This document shows positions 1 through 14,896 of a DNA stretch of 64,000 nucleotides, piece after piece; position 1 is the stretch's first letter; each line of letters opens with the position of its first letter. The notes under the pieces are model-generated. The model was not told the DNA's origin. It was given only the letters and a program-made list of their open reading frames with translations, and did not search any database. The translations under genes were made by a program, and so were the position numbers. Origin of the DNA: Kofleriaceae bacterium (GTDB lineage Bacteria > Myxococcota_A > Polyangia > Haliangiales > Haliangiaceae); assembly GCA_965215005.1 (NCBI GenBank), contig CBDCCZ010000014.1, positions 64,001 to 128,000 of the forward strand, written 5' to 3'.

Positions 1-3545
<3,545 letters not shown>

Positions 3546-3574
3546 GCGCTGGTACCCCCGGGTCGAAACCCATA

Positions 3575-3618
3575 GCTAGACTGACGCGTCAGTCTAGCCA
3601 CCGACTGACATGTCAGTC
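3575..3618. promoter_or_regulatory. Tandem palindromic operators GACTGAC-N2-GTCAGTC (probable TetR sites) overlapping a putative sigma-70 promoter
   Basis: Perfect 24-bp palindrome GCTAGACTGACGCGTCAGTCTAGC at 3575-3598 and perfect 16-bp GACTGACATGTCAGTC at 3603-3618. On the minus strand, TGGACT-N18-TAGACT (3620 to 3591) overlaps both. Confidence 0.8.
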
Positions 3619-3707
3619 CAGTGCCACGAGCATCGCCAGCAATAAAAAAACGCGTAGCGATCTCAAGCACCTAAATAGGCTCACAGGCCCGACCGCAAGG
3701 AGCGGTT

Positions 3708-4334
3708 TCAGCCTTGGAAGACGCCGCGGAGGGCGAAGGAGATGAGCTCGTCGACGATGGCCTCGGTGCTGGGAGGCTCACTGGCGTCGATGGCGTCTTG
3801 CACCACGCCGCGCACCGCGCCGAGCAAGGCTGCGGCGACCAAGCGACTGTTGCAGGGACGTACGAGCCCCATTTCCAGGCCGTGGTCCAACGACGACCGA
3901 ATCAACTCTTTGATTTCGCGATAGAAACCGTCGACGCGAGCAGCGGCCTCGACATCGGCGGCTTGTCCATGGAGGAGCAAGATTTGCGTCAGCGGGCGCT
4001 CACCGAGCACGTAATCGAAGACGCGCACCAGGCTGTCGCGAAGCTGCTGCTTGGGAGGAGCCGCCCTGGGATCGGCGACCTCGATGCGCAGGATCCGCGC
4101 GCGCAGCGCCCGCAGGGCCTCCTCGAGGATCGAGGCAAACACCTTCTCTTTGCTCTCGAAATAGAGATAGAAGGTCCCGCGGGCGATGTCGGCGCGGCGA
4201 ATGATCTCGTTGATCGAGGCCTTATGATAGCCGCGGTCGGCAATGACCTCTTTCGCGGCGGCCAAGATCTGGCTGCGGCGATGTTCGCGAGCTTGTGCGG
4301 AGCGAAGCTCCGTATCAGAGAGTTGGTCGGACAC
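3708..4334 (-). CDS. TetR/AcrR family transcriptional regulator
   Basis: HTH segment ILAAAKEVIADRGYHKASINEIIRRADIARGTFYLYFESKE. Start taken at GTG 4334; the ORF extends to 4406. Confidence 0.93.
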   Translation of the reverse strand: MSDQLSDTELRSAQAREHRRSQILAAAKEVIADRGYHKASINEIIRRADIARGTFYLYFESKEKVFASILEEALRALRARILRIEVADPRAAPPKQQLRDSLVRVFDYVLGERPLTQILLLHGQAADVEAAARVDGFYREIKELIRSSLDHGLEMGLVRPCNSRLVAAALLGAVRGVVQDAIDASEPPSTEAIVDELISFALRGVFQG

Positions 4335-4440
4335 GGTATGCGGGGCCACCCTCGGCGAGGATAACGCATTGCTGGTGTGACCAGTGCGGTTCCAACGGGA
4401 CTCCAACGCGGTTCTCGCACGCCTTAAGGCTCACGCCGAC

Positions 4441-5718
<1,278 letters not shown>

Positions 5719-6007
5719 GCATGGCTCGCAAGAGTCACCGCCGCGTCACCCGTCCACGCTAGGCCGCTCACGGATTGGTCCGATCTTTACGGATCTACTC
5801 GTAGCCAGAGCGCTGCCGATTGTTCTTGGAGAAGACGCGGCCCCTGTGCGGCTCTCCGCGTGCTCACACTGTGACGCGTATTTCATGCTCTTCTGCGTCA
5901 GCTGCGCCTACAGCAGCGCAAGGACACGGCCGTGTAGGCTTCAAAAACCCTGCGCAGCGGTGCGTTGGAGCACCTGAGCTCGCCGGGATCGGCTGTAAGC
6001 TAGACCT

Positions 6008-6520
6008 ATGTGTCGACGCTCCTTCGTCCTCTTAGCAGTGTTACTCGGGTCGATGAGCTGCAGTGCAGAGCCCGCAGAAGTCGTTGGTACGTACGAGATG
6101 ACGCTCATCAATCAAAGTGACGGCTGCAGGCTGGATATGCAGCCTGGAGACGCGATCGACGACGTCTCCATGACCTTCAGCCAAGATGGCTCGAAGATCA
6201 CCGGCAGCGTTGACGGAGTCGCCGGCACTCTGCTTCAGCTTTGGCTCGGCGAACAAACCTTCGCCGGCACGGTCGACAGCAGCGCGTTTCAGTTCCGCAT
6301 CGCCGGCTCCAGAGCCCAGCAGCAGGGCAACTGTGCCTATACAATCGATATCGACGCGGTGGGACGCGTCGCGGGGGATCAAGTGCGCGATGGCATCCTG
6401 CGCTGGCGGCCGCGCACCAATGACAACAGTGATTGCGGTTTCTTAGCGAGCTGTGTGACGGTCCAGAGCTTCAGTGGCCGCCGGCTGCCGCTAGCCGACG
6501 CTGGCGCGGCGTTGCGTTAG
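6008..6520 (+). CDS. Hypothetical secreted lipoprotein
   Basis: Signal peptide ending in a lipobox-like SMSC, followed by a beta-rich mature domain with Cys pairs. Confidence 0.7.
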   Translation: MCRRSFVLLAVLLGSMSCSAEPAEVVGTYEMTLINQSDGCRLDMQPGDAIDDVSMTFSQDGSKITGSVDGVAGTLLQLWLGEQTFAGTVDSSAFQFRIAGSRAQQQGNCAYTIDIDAVGRVAGDQVRDGILRWRPRTNDNSDCGFLASCVTVQSFSGRRLPLADAGAALR

Positions 6521-6589
6521 TCGACGTGCGTTCCGCAACGGGCTCGCTGCGTCGCCTTAGAGTGACCAGACAAATCAGTACGTTGCGCA

Positions 6590-6605
6590 TGGCAAGGCGG
6601 TTGCT
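6590..6605 (+). promoter_or_regulatory. Sigma-54 (-24/-12) promoter of the sugar ABC operon
   Basis: TGGCAAGGCGGTTGCT = GG-N10-GC, 14 nt before ATG 6620. Confidence 0.65.
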
Positions 6606-6619
6606 AGGGAACGCTACCC

Positions 6620-7705
6620 ATGAGCGATGTTCGACTGCGGAGCGTCAGCAAGCGCTACGAGGGATCGCAGGGCGCACGTCCCGCGCTCGAGCACCTCGAC
6701 CTAACCATTCCTAGCGGTGAGCTCGCGGTGCTCGTCGGCCCTTCCGGCTGCGGCAAGTCCACCACCTTGCGGATCATCGCTGGCCTCGAAGAGGCGACGT
6801 CGGGCCGGATCTTCATTGGAGATCGAGACGTGAGTCGGGTCCCGCCGTCACAACGCGACATCGCCATGGTGTTTCAGAGCTACGCGCTCTATCCACACAT
6901 GACGGTCTTCGACAACCTCGCCTTCGCTCTGCGCATTCGCAAGCTGCCCGCTCACGAGATCGCCACACGGGTTCAGGCCGTGGCCGCATCGCTCGGGCTA
7001 GAGGAATACCTCGAGCGACGCCCAAAGGCCCTCTCTGGCGGTCAACGCCAACGAGTCGCCATTGGCCGCGCGGTGGTTCGCGATCCCGAGGTGTTTCTCT
7101 TCGATGAGCCGCTTTCCAATCTCGACGCCAAGCTGCGCGGCGACATGCGTCGCGAGATCGCTCGCATCCACGGACGCTCGCGCACAACCTCGCTATACGT
7201 AACGCACGACCAGATCGAAGCGATGACGCTGGCCGATCGCATCGTGGTGCTCCGCGACGGTGTCCTGCAACAGGTCGGGACACCGATGGAGGTCTACGAT
7301 CAACCAGCAAACCGCTTCGTGGCGGGCTTCTTTGGCACTCCAGCGATGAATTTCCTGCGCGCTCGAATCGCCGGTGGTGGCGCTTCACTGCTCGCGCAGG
7401 GCCCCGGCTTCGAAGTTCCCATCGAAAGGCGCAGCTACACCTCCGAATCGGTGATCGTGGGTATACGTCCCGAAGCGCTCGCGCTCGAGCCGCGTCCGGG
7501 GACGGTGCCGCTCCGTGCAAGCGTCGAGCTCCGCGAGATGCTCGGCGCCGAGGTCCTGCTCCACCTCTCTTCCGACGCCGGAGCACTTACCGTTCGCGCC
7601 GATCCGCGAGCGCCCGCTCGCAACGGGGATAACTTGACTGTGTTTTTCGATCACCAGCGGGTTCATCTGTTCGATGCCGACACCGAAGTGAGGCTTTCTT
7701 CTTGA
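6620..7705 (+). CDS. Sugar ABC transporter ATP-binding protein (MalK/MsmX/UgpC family)
   Basis: GPSGCGKST, LSGGQRQR, FLFDEPLSNLD and a C-terminal TOBE-like region. Confidence 0.96.
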   Translation: MSDVRLRSVSKRYEGSQGARPALEHLDLTIPSGELAVLVGPSGCGKSTTLRIIAGLEEATSGRIFIGDRDVSRVPPSQRDIAMVFQSYALYPHMTVFDNLAFALRIRKLPAHEIATRVQAVAASLGLEEYLERRPKALSGGQRQRVAIGRAVVRDPEVFLFDEPLSNLDAKLRGDMRREIARIHGRSRTTSLYVTHDQIEAMTLADRIVVLRDGVLQQVGTPMEVYDQPANRFVAGFFGTPAMNFLRARIAGGGASLLAQGPGFEVPIERRSYTSESVIVGIRPEALALEPRPGTVPLRASVELREMLGAEVLLHLSSDAGALTVRADPRAPARNGDNLTVFFDHQRVHLFDADTEVRLSS

Positions 7706-8925
7706 TCCGTTGGGTTGCCATCTGGTGGATTGCGCTCGCATTCCTCGGGTGTAGCCGCGCCGATTCCGAAGGCAACGTCGTGCTGCTTTGGCATGCCTAC
7801 TCCGGGGCCGAGAGAGTTGCACTCGAAGAGGTGACCAAGTCGTTCAACGACGAGCATCAGGACGTGCACTTGCAAGTGGTGCCCGTACCCTATGACGCTT
7901 TCGCCGATAAGGTCACCAATGCGATTCCCAACGGCAACGGGCCCGATCTGTTCGTATATGCCCATGATCGCATTGGCGACTGGGTAGCCGCTGGGCTGCT
8001 CGAGCCTATCGACTACTTTGTTGATGAGACCGTCGCCGACCAACTCGCATACGAGGCGCTCGCCGCCATGGCGTACCACGGCTCGCTCTACGGTCTACCT
8101 CTGGCGGTCAAGTCGGTTGCCCTCTTCTATCGCACAGACTTGTGTCCCCAACCTCCGCAAACCACCGATGCGCTTCTCGAATGGGGACGCAACTTCGCGG
8201 AGCAACATCGCGGCAGCCACGCGCTCGTTTATGAGAACACTGACCTCTATGGACATGCGGCTTGGCTGCACGGGTTTGGCGGCCGGTTGTTCGATGATCG
8301 CGAACGACTGACCATCGCGACCCCTCAAGGTCGCGCCGCGCTGGAGCTGGCGCGCGAGATCGGAGGGCCAGGGGGAATCGTCCCGCCGGAGCTCACCGCG
8401 ACGATGGTCGCGACGTTGTTCAATGAAGGTCGCGCGGCCATGGCAATTTCGGGCCCGTGGTTCATGGCCGACATCGCGGCCGATGTGCCGTGGAGCGTGA
8501 CTGCCTTACCGGTCGTGAGTGCAACCGGCAAGCGGGCGCGGCCGTTCCTCGGAGCGGAAGGGGTGCTCATGAGCGCTCGCGCGCGCGATAAATCTGCCGC
8601 CTTCACCGCAATGGCCTATCTTGCCGACAACCGCTCCGCCCGCCAACGACTGGCGCGCGCCCACCAGCTGGTCGCCAACCCTGCCGCGTACGACGATGAG
8701 GCGCTCGCCACCACGGCGCCCGCACAACGTCTGGCGTTGCGGGCGTTTCGCCAACAGACGGCTCAGGCTGTGCCCATGCCAGCCACACCTGCCATGCGAC
8801 TGGTCTGGACCCCCTATAAAAGCGCCTTGGAGGGCGTGATTGCCCGCGGGCTCGATCCCGACGCTGCGCTTGCCATCGCCCAACGCGAGATACAAGGGTA
8901 CCTCGACCATGCGGATTCGCCGTGA
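7702..8925 (+). CDS. Sugar (maltodextrin-type) ABC transporter substrate-binding lipoprotein
   Basis: Lipobox FLGC; GPDLFVYAHDRIGDW, YGLPLAVKSVALFY, ISGPW. Confidence 0.92.
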   Translation: MIRWVAIWWIALAFLGCSRADSEGNVVLLWHAYSGAERVALEEVTKSFNDEHQDVHLQVVPVPYDAFADKVTNAIPNGNGPDLFVYAHDRIGDWVAAGLLEPIDYFVDETVADQLAYEALAAMAYHGSLYGLPLAVKSVALFYRTDLCPQPPQTTDALLEWGRNFAEQHRGSHALVYENTDLYGHAAWLHGFGGRLFDDRERLTIATPQGRAALELAREIGGPGGIVPPELTATMVATLFNEGRAAMAISGPWFMADIAADVPWSVTALPVVSATGKRARPFLGAEGVLMSARARDKSAAFTAMAYLADNRSARQRLARAHQLVANPAAYDDEALATTAPAQRLALRAFRQQTAQAVPMPATPAMRLVWTPYKSALEGVIARGLDPDAALAIAQREIQGYLDHADSP

Positions 8926-10470
8926 GGAGCTGGTTTCTCAGCTTCGCAGTCACCGCGGCAATCGCGGCCACGATCGCCACGGTCGCCTTCATCTCCTACC
9001 GGAATCGCAGTTTCGAAACTACTTTAAAGCATCGCGCGCACCTCGCGGCGCGGCAGCTGGCAGCCGGTGAGGTACCGACGCCGCCTGTGGTGCTCGCAGC
9101 GATGGTGGACAGATCACGGCAGCGAGGACGCTACCCGTTCTTGCGTGAGCGACGGCTCGTCGAGGGCCGGGTTCTAGGGGGACCGCAAGCGGGCGCCTTC
9201 GATAAGTTACTCTATGATGCAGCAGCTCGCGCAGAGCGCAACGGCGCCTTCGTAGAGCGCTTGCCCAATGGCCTCGCCGTGGCCGCGCTGCCCAATGAGC
9301 AGGGCGTAGCCGTCGCAGCAGCAGCAAGCTCGCATCGGCAGACCTTCCCATGGCTCATCTTCGTAGGGCTATTGTCGGTGGGAGCCGTGGTTGCCGCTGC
9401 CAGGTGCCAGCGTCGGCGGCGCTGCGCGATGCTTCGGCTTGGTGCTCGGTGGCAGCGGGTTGGCGGTGCCGACGTATCAGTGGGCGGGGATCTGGCCTGG
9501 GGTCGCACTGACCGGCACTGCGGTCGGCATCGACGCTTCTTGACTGCAGCGGCTGGATGGCGCGGGCTCGCGCCGAGCTGCGCGACCACCGAGTCGCCTA
9601 CAGCTTCCTGGCACCGGCGGCGCTGGCGATGCTGGTGCTCGTCGCCGGTCCGTTCCTCATGGGACTTCTACTGGGCTTCTACGACCATCATCACGGCACC
9701 TGGACTCTTTGTAGGCCTTGATAACTTCGCCGCGATTTTGGCCGGATGATGGCCGAGAGCTGAGTGACCCTCTCAACTTCTGGTTCACGCTCGCCGTCAC
9801 CATACTCTGGACCGGCGCGAACTTGCTCTTGCACGTCACGCTTGGAGTTCTGCTGGCACTTCAGCTGCGCCACACCTGGCTTGCAGGGCGAGGCGTGTTC
9901 CGCATGCTGCTGATTCTGCCGTGGGCCATTCCCAACTACATCACGGCCCTCATTTGGCGTGGCATGTTCCAGGGCGAATATGGTGCGATCAACGCCATCC
10001 TCGCGAGCGCGGGAATCGACGAGGTTTCCTGGTTCTCTTCCTGGGCGACGGCGTTCGCGGCCAACGTTGCGACGAATACCTGGCTTGGTTTTCCGTTCAT
10101 GATGGTCGTCGCCTTGGGAGCACTGGAGTCGATCCCACGTGACATGTACGAAGCCGCCGCGGTCGACGGTGCTTCGCGCTGGCAGAGCTTCTGGCATATC
10201 ACCGCGCCGCACCTGCGCCCCGCGCTCGGGCCCGCCATCGTGCTAGGTGCGATCTGGACCTTCAACATGTTCAACGTCATCTATCTGGTCAGTAACGGAC
10301 AACCGGGTGGCAGCACTGACATCTTGGTAACCGATGCCTATCGTTGGGCATTCGAACGCGGCGAGCGCTATGGATTGGCGGCGGCCTACGCGACGATCAT
10401 CTTCATCGTCTTACTGGGTTGGACGGTATTGGCAGCACGCATCGGACGTAGGCAGGCGGAGAAGCGGTGA
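8922..10470 (+). CDS. Sugar ABC permease (MalF-like) with N-terminal extension; several frameshifts between about 9400 and 9750
   Basis: The C-terminal ORF has ILPWAIP and the EAA loop YEAAAVDGAS. The missing part, RVAYSFLAPAALAMLVLVAGPF, lies in another frame at about 9580-9700. Confidence 0.85.
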
Positions 10471-10513
10471 TGGTTGACCTCCCGCGCCAGAGCTCGACGA
10501 GGCTTCACCTCCA

Positions 10514-11476
10514 ATGAACGAAACACCCATGGAGGTGCCGATTCGGCGGCACCCTGCCGCCAGACGCCTCACGTATCACTCTGCGGCGGAAACGCGAGAG
10601 CTTCGAGTCGCCTCCAACAGGCGCTCGCCTACGGGACCTTCGCTGCTAACCGCGGCGCTCACCTATGTTGGCCTCATCGTCACCACCTCGGTAGTTCTCT
10701 ATCCGGTGGCGCTGGTGCTGAAGAAGGCGTTTGAGCCCGGCCGCCAGTTCGCCCTGTCACCGTCCCCGCTGCCAAACACCCTCAGCTTGGAGCATTTTCG
10801 CGCGCTGTTTGCCGCCGCTGGCCCTGGCGGCGAGCTGCTGTTCTTGCGTCACGCCCTGAACTCGGCCGTGGTCGCTCTGGGCACGACGATCATCGGTGTC
10901 GCGCTGGCGTGCACTGCTGCGTATGCGCTAAGCCGGCAGCGTTTTGCTGGGCGCAGGGTCGGCCTCACGACGTTTCTCGTGGTGCAGATGTTCCCGGCAA
11001 CGCTGCTCATCATGCCGCTTTACGTGTTGCTGCACCGACTCGGGCTGCTCAACGCGTTGATCGGCTTGATGCTCGTCTACGCTACCACGGCGATTCCGTT
11101 TTGCGTTTGGACGCTAAAAGGCTACTTCGACACGTTGCCACGAGAGCTAGAAGAAGCAGCTCGCATCGACGGAGCCTCACCTTGGACGATTTTCTTTCGC
11201 GTCATCTTGCCGCTCGCTCGCCCCGGCATTGCCGTGACGGCATTGTTTTCATTCATGACGGCATGGAACGAGTTCATCCTCGCAAGCACGTTCATGACCG
11301 ATGAACGCAACTACACGCTCCCGGTATTGCTGCAGTCGAGTGTCGGCAAATACTCCGCAGATTGGGGCCTATTCGCCGCGGGCGCCGTGGTCACTAGCCT
11401 GCCGGTCATGGCCCTATTCTACGTACTGCAGCGCTATTTAGTTGGCGGCCTCACCACCGGAAGTGTCAAGGGTTGA
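10514..11476 (+). CDS. Sugar ABC permease (MalG-like)
   Basis: QMFP, EAA loop LEEAARIDGAS, AWNEF, GGLTTGSVKG terminus. Start uncertain. Confidence 0.93.
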   Translation: MNETPMEVPIRRHPAARRLTYHSAAETRELRVASNRRSPTGPSLLTAALTYVGLIVTTSVVLYPVALVLKKAFEPGRQFALSPSPLPNTLSLEHFRALFAAAGPGGELLFLRHALNSAVVALGTTIIGVALACTAAYALSRQRFAGRRVGLTTFLVVQMFPATLLIMPLYVLLHRLGLLNALIGLMLVYATTAIPFCVWTLKGYFDTLPRELEEAARIDGASPWTIFFRVILPLARPGIAVTALFSFMTAWNEFILASTFMTDERNYTLPVLLQSSVGKYSADWGLFAAGAVVTSLPVMALFYVLQRYLVGGLTTGSVKG

Positions 11477-13032
11477 CGGCTCTCGTCGGGTGCTGCGACC
11501 GCATCGATCGCCGCTCCGGCCCCTGCACCGAGGTTGTGGACTGCGAAGCCGCGAAACGCGCGCCAAAACTGCCAAGCTTCGACGTCCGGCGCGAGCAACC
11601 CCGGTAGCTGCTCGAGCCGCGGAATTGGCGCAAGGCCATCGCCAGTGGGCGCGACGAATCGGCGTGGGAAGCGTTGCCGGCCGGCGCTAGCCACACCCAA
11701 GTGCCACACCGCCAACGTATATCGGCGGTGCGCAGCCAGGCTACGAGCACGATAGATATGCCCCTTGATGGAGTTTGGCTGGCTGATGACCTGCGCGGCA
11801 AACAGTGCTCGCTCGTTACCCACCTCGGCGGTCCGGGACATCGCCGCCATGCATTGCAACGCGATGCCGGCGACCGCGAGCACGATGAGCAGCGGCCGAA
11901 TCGACGGCCAGCGCTGCACACCCGCACCCGCGGCGTGGCAGAGCCCCAACACGAGAAACACCGAGGGCGCCAAGAACAGTCGCTCTGCGAAGAGAGTAAC
12001 GATCAACAAGATGCTGTTGGAAAACAGCGCGTAGCTGGCCACAAACGCAAGGCTGGCGCCGGCGAGGTGCTTCAGCGCATGACCTGCCGCCTGCCCGCGA
12101 CGCATTCGAAGCCATACGAGCGCGAGAACCGCTGCTGCCAACGCGACACCGAGCCAGCCATAAGGCTCTGAGAAGTCGGCAGCCACGGGTATCGCATCGA
12201 ACGTATAGTCAAATGACAACCCAACAGGCACGAGAGTGAGTGCCACGTAGCGTCCCAACAGAACAAACGGCATCCACAGTCGCTCGATGACGGAAGCATC
12301 TAGCAGCGGATTGTCGGCGGGGAGGATATAGCCGGCAATGTTGATTGGCAGCAGCGCCGAGCGCACGAGCAGGAACGCCAGCGCCGCTGCAAGGAGCATC
12401 GCCAGCGTGCAACCGTGCCGCTGCCAACGAAGGCTGGCGAGCCCGCGCGTGCCGATCATCCAAACGGCAGCTACTAGCGGCAACAAGAATGCCGACTCCT
12501 TGCACAACAGCGCGGCGACATACAAGCCCACACTCACCATGGCGCGCCGGTCGAGCGCCGCAAGCAACGCCAGGAGCGCCAGCAGCAGCGACATCACTTC
12601 GGCGCTGTTGGCAACCAATCCGACCGCATCGACGTGAATCGCCAGCGATGCGAACAACGCAGCCCCCACAGCTGCCATTTCTTCACCGAGCGAGCGGCGA
12701 TAGAAGCGCTGCACGACGGCCACCAGCGCGCAAAACCACAAGACACTCACCAGGTGAAAGAAGCCCGGCTCCGCCCCCCAGAGCGCCCACTGACCTGCGA
12801 AGAGCAGCGTCGCCAGCGGCCGCAGAGTGTTGGCGCCCTGCCCCAACGGCTCGCCCATGTAGTTGTATTCGAGCACGGCGGTCATCGGCGCCGCCCCGTT
12901 GACCACCGGATGCTCGACGATATCCGTGACGTCGTCGGCGACGAAGCTGCCGCTCACGCCCAGACCATGGGCAAGCACCGCGGCGATCAGCGGAGCTAGC
13001 GCCAGCCCCAAGCGACGCACCCTATCGCTCAC
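11434..13032 (-). CDS. TMTC/DUF1736-like GT-C glycosyltransferase
   Basis: Multi-TM protein with FVADD, LRPL, HVDAV, LCKES, ADNPL, LSFDY and AERLFLAPS, matching TMTC motif order; short TPR-like tail. Confidence 0.8.
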   Translation of the reverse strand: MSDRVRRLGLALAPLIAAVLAHGLGVSGSFVADDVTDIVEHPVVNGAAPMTAVLEYNYMGEPLGQGANTLRPLATLLFAGQWALWGAEPGFFHLVSVLWFCALVAVVQRFYRRSLGEEMAAVGAALFASLAIHVDAVGLVANSAEVMSLLLALLALLAALDRRAMVSVGLYVAALLCKESAFLLPLVAAVWMIGTRGLASLRWQRHGCTLAMLLAAALAFLLVRSALLPINIAGYILPADNPLLDASVIERLWMPFVLLGRYVALTLVPVGLSFDYTFDAIPVAADFSEPYGWLGVALAAAVLALVWLRMRRGQAAGHALKHLAGASLAFVASYALFSNSILLIVTLFAERLFLAPSVFLVLGLCHAAGAGVQRWPSIRPLLIVLAVAGIALQCMAAMSRTAEVGNERALFAAQVISQPNSIKGHIYRARSLAAHRRYTLAVWHLGVASAGRQRFPRRFVAPTGDGLAPIPRLEQLPGLLAPDVEAWQFWRAFRGFAVHNLGAGAGAAIDAVAAPDESRQPLTLPVVRPPTK

Positions 13033-13297
13033 AGCAACGCATCATAGAACATCTCCGCGGGATCGGCGACGCAGAGCCGTACCTACCGCCTGCGACACCC
13101 ACCTATGCACGAGCGCCGCCGGACACTCGCGCGTTGCGCTGGGTTTCGCATCTCGCGTAAGCTCGCATGCGGGTCGGGGGCTTCGTCAAAGAATCGCGAA
13201 GCGCACGCTTTGCGCGCGATTGTTCACTGAAGAGGCCGCGGCGCATCTTCGATGCGGAACCTGTTCCTGATCCTGCTCGCACCTCGAGAAAGCAGAG

Positions 13298-14896
13298 ATG
13301 GACGCAAGCAGCCCTCCGCACACCGATGAGCCATTGCTGGCACCCACGCGCCGGCCGACGACTGTGCTGCTGATCGCCGCCGGATTCTACGTCGTTCTTG
13401 TCGTGGGGCTCGCCCTCTCGGGGCGTTTCACGTTTGTGTGGAAGACGTCGGTGATCCCGGCGCTGTTCATCGTCGCACTCGCGACGCGGCAGATGCGCGT
13501 CTTTTTATACGACTGGGCGGTACTACTCGGGGCAATCGTTCTGTTCGACTCGCTCCGCGGCCTGATCTTTGCGGTGCTAACGCGACTCGAGCTCCGCTGG
13601 TACGCAGCATACGTGGTCGATGCGGAGCACGCCCTCCTGGGCGGTACGACACTGCCGGAAGTACTGCAAGCGGGCGGCAATGGCGGACAAGCCGACGCAT
13701 TGGCCAAGACGCTGGTCCTCTTTCACGGCAGCCATTTCCTCTTCTTCCTACTCTTTGGCCTCGCGGTGTGGCTGTTTCGTCGCGCCGAGTTTTGGCGCTT
13801 TCGCGTGTCCATCCTGCTCCTGCTCGGGATGGGTCTCCTCACCTATCAGCTCGTTCCAACGGCACCTCCGTGGATGGCAAGCGATCTCGGTCTCATCGGT
13901 CCCATCGATCGCATCACTCTACAAATCTACAACACTGCCAGCCCCAACCTGGCTCGCACGTTCGACGTGAACCCAATCGCGGCCATGCCGTCGCTGCACG
14001 CGGCGCTGCCCGCGCTCTTCGTTCTCATCGGGCTCCATCACTTCCGCTTGCGCGCGCTCGTGGTCGTGTTTTATGCATGCATGGTCTGGTTTGGCATCGG
14101 CTACCTCGGCGAACACTATCTAGTCGATATTCTCGCCGGCGCTGGCTACGCGGCCGTGGCGTACCTCCTGGTGTACCGCGGGGTTCTCGATCGGTTTACG
14201 CGTGCAGACGATCCTGCGCTCACGGCAGATCGGGGCCATTGGCCGCCAGTCTTGAAGCACCGCGTCCTCATCGGACTGGTTCTCGTGATCGCTGCCGAGG
14301 GCGTGGGGCAAGCAGCCATCTCGCTTCGAGCCCCCATGGTCATCGATCGAGCCTTCGTGACGAGCGAGCTCATCGGTCGCAGCCCGTTAGGACACTTGCA
14401 CTTGGCAAGGCTCGCGACCTCGGAGGGCAATTTCGAGGAGGCCGCAGCGGCACTGGCAGCGGGCTTCGCCGAGATCTCCGAGCCCAACCACATGCTCATG
14501 GCACTCTCGGCGCTGCGATCGCTATCGAATGCAGCCTCGGATCCGCAGCTCGAGAGACGTCTGCTCGACGGGCTGCCGCCGCAAGCAAAAATCCTCAAGG
14601 AAATGACGCTTGCCAGCGTTCAATTCTCTAACGGAGAAGCGCGATCAGCAATCGACCGATTGCGGCGGATCACGGATGAGCACCCACAGGCTGCCAAGCC
14701 GCTCTACCTACTCGGCACGTTTGGAAGCGAGAGCGGGCTGATGTCTGCAACGCAGGTGGAAGACATAGCCGCCCGACTGGACCGCCTCGAAGACCTTGAC
14801 GCCCAAGCAGCGAGCTGGGCCGAAGACCTGCGGAGAATGTCTAGCGCTAGTGGTCCGGGCGCCGCTGGTAAAGTGCCAGAGGTCCCGACGCGATGA
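13298..14896 (+). CDS. AUR1/inositol-phosphorylceramide-synthase-like PAP2 phosphotransferase with helical/TPR-like C-terminus
   Basis: PTAPPW, AAMPSLH and HYLVD motifs across about 6 TM helices; roughly 200-aa helical C-terminal extension. Confidence 0.85.
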   Translation: MDASSPPHTDEPLLAPTRRPTTVLLIAAGFYVVLVVGLALSGRFTFVWKTSVIPALFIVALATRQMRVFLYDWAVLLGAIVLFDSLRGLIFAVLTRLELRWYAAYVVDAEHALLGGTTLPEVLQAGGNGGQADALAKTLVLFHGSHFLFFLLFGLAVWLFRRAEFWRFRVSILLLLGMGLLTYQLVPTAPPWMASDLGLIGPIDRITLQIYNTASPNLARTFDVNPIAAMPSLHAALPALFVLIGLHHFRLRALVVVFYACMVWFGIGYLGEHYLVDILAGAGYAAVAYLLVYRGVLDRFTRADDPALTADRGHWPPVLKHRVLIGLVLVIAAEGVGQAAISLRAPMVIDRAFVTSELIGRSPLGHLHLARLATSEGNFEEAAAALAAGFAEISEPNHMLMALSALRSLSNAASDPQLERRLLDGLPPQAKILKEMTLASVQFSNGEARSAIDRLRRITDEHPQAAKPLYLLGTFGSESGLMSATQVEDIAARLDRLEDLDAQAASWAEDLRRMSSASGPGAAGKVPEVPTR

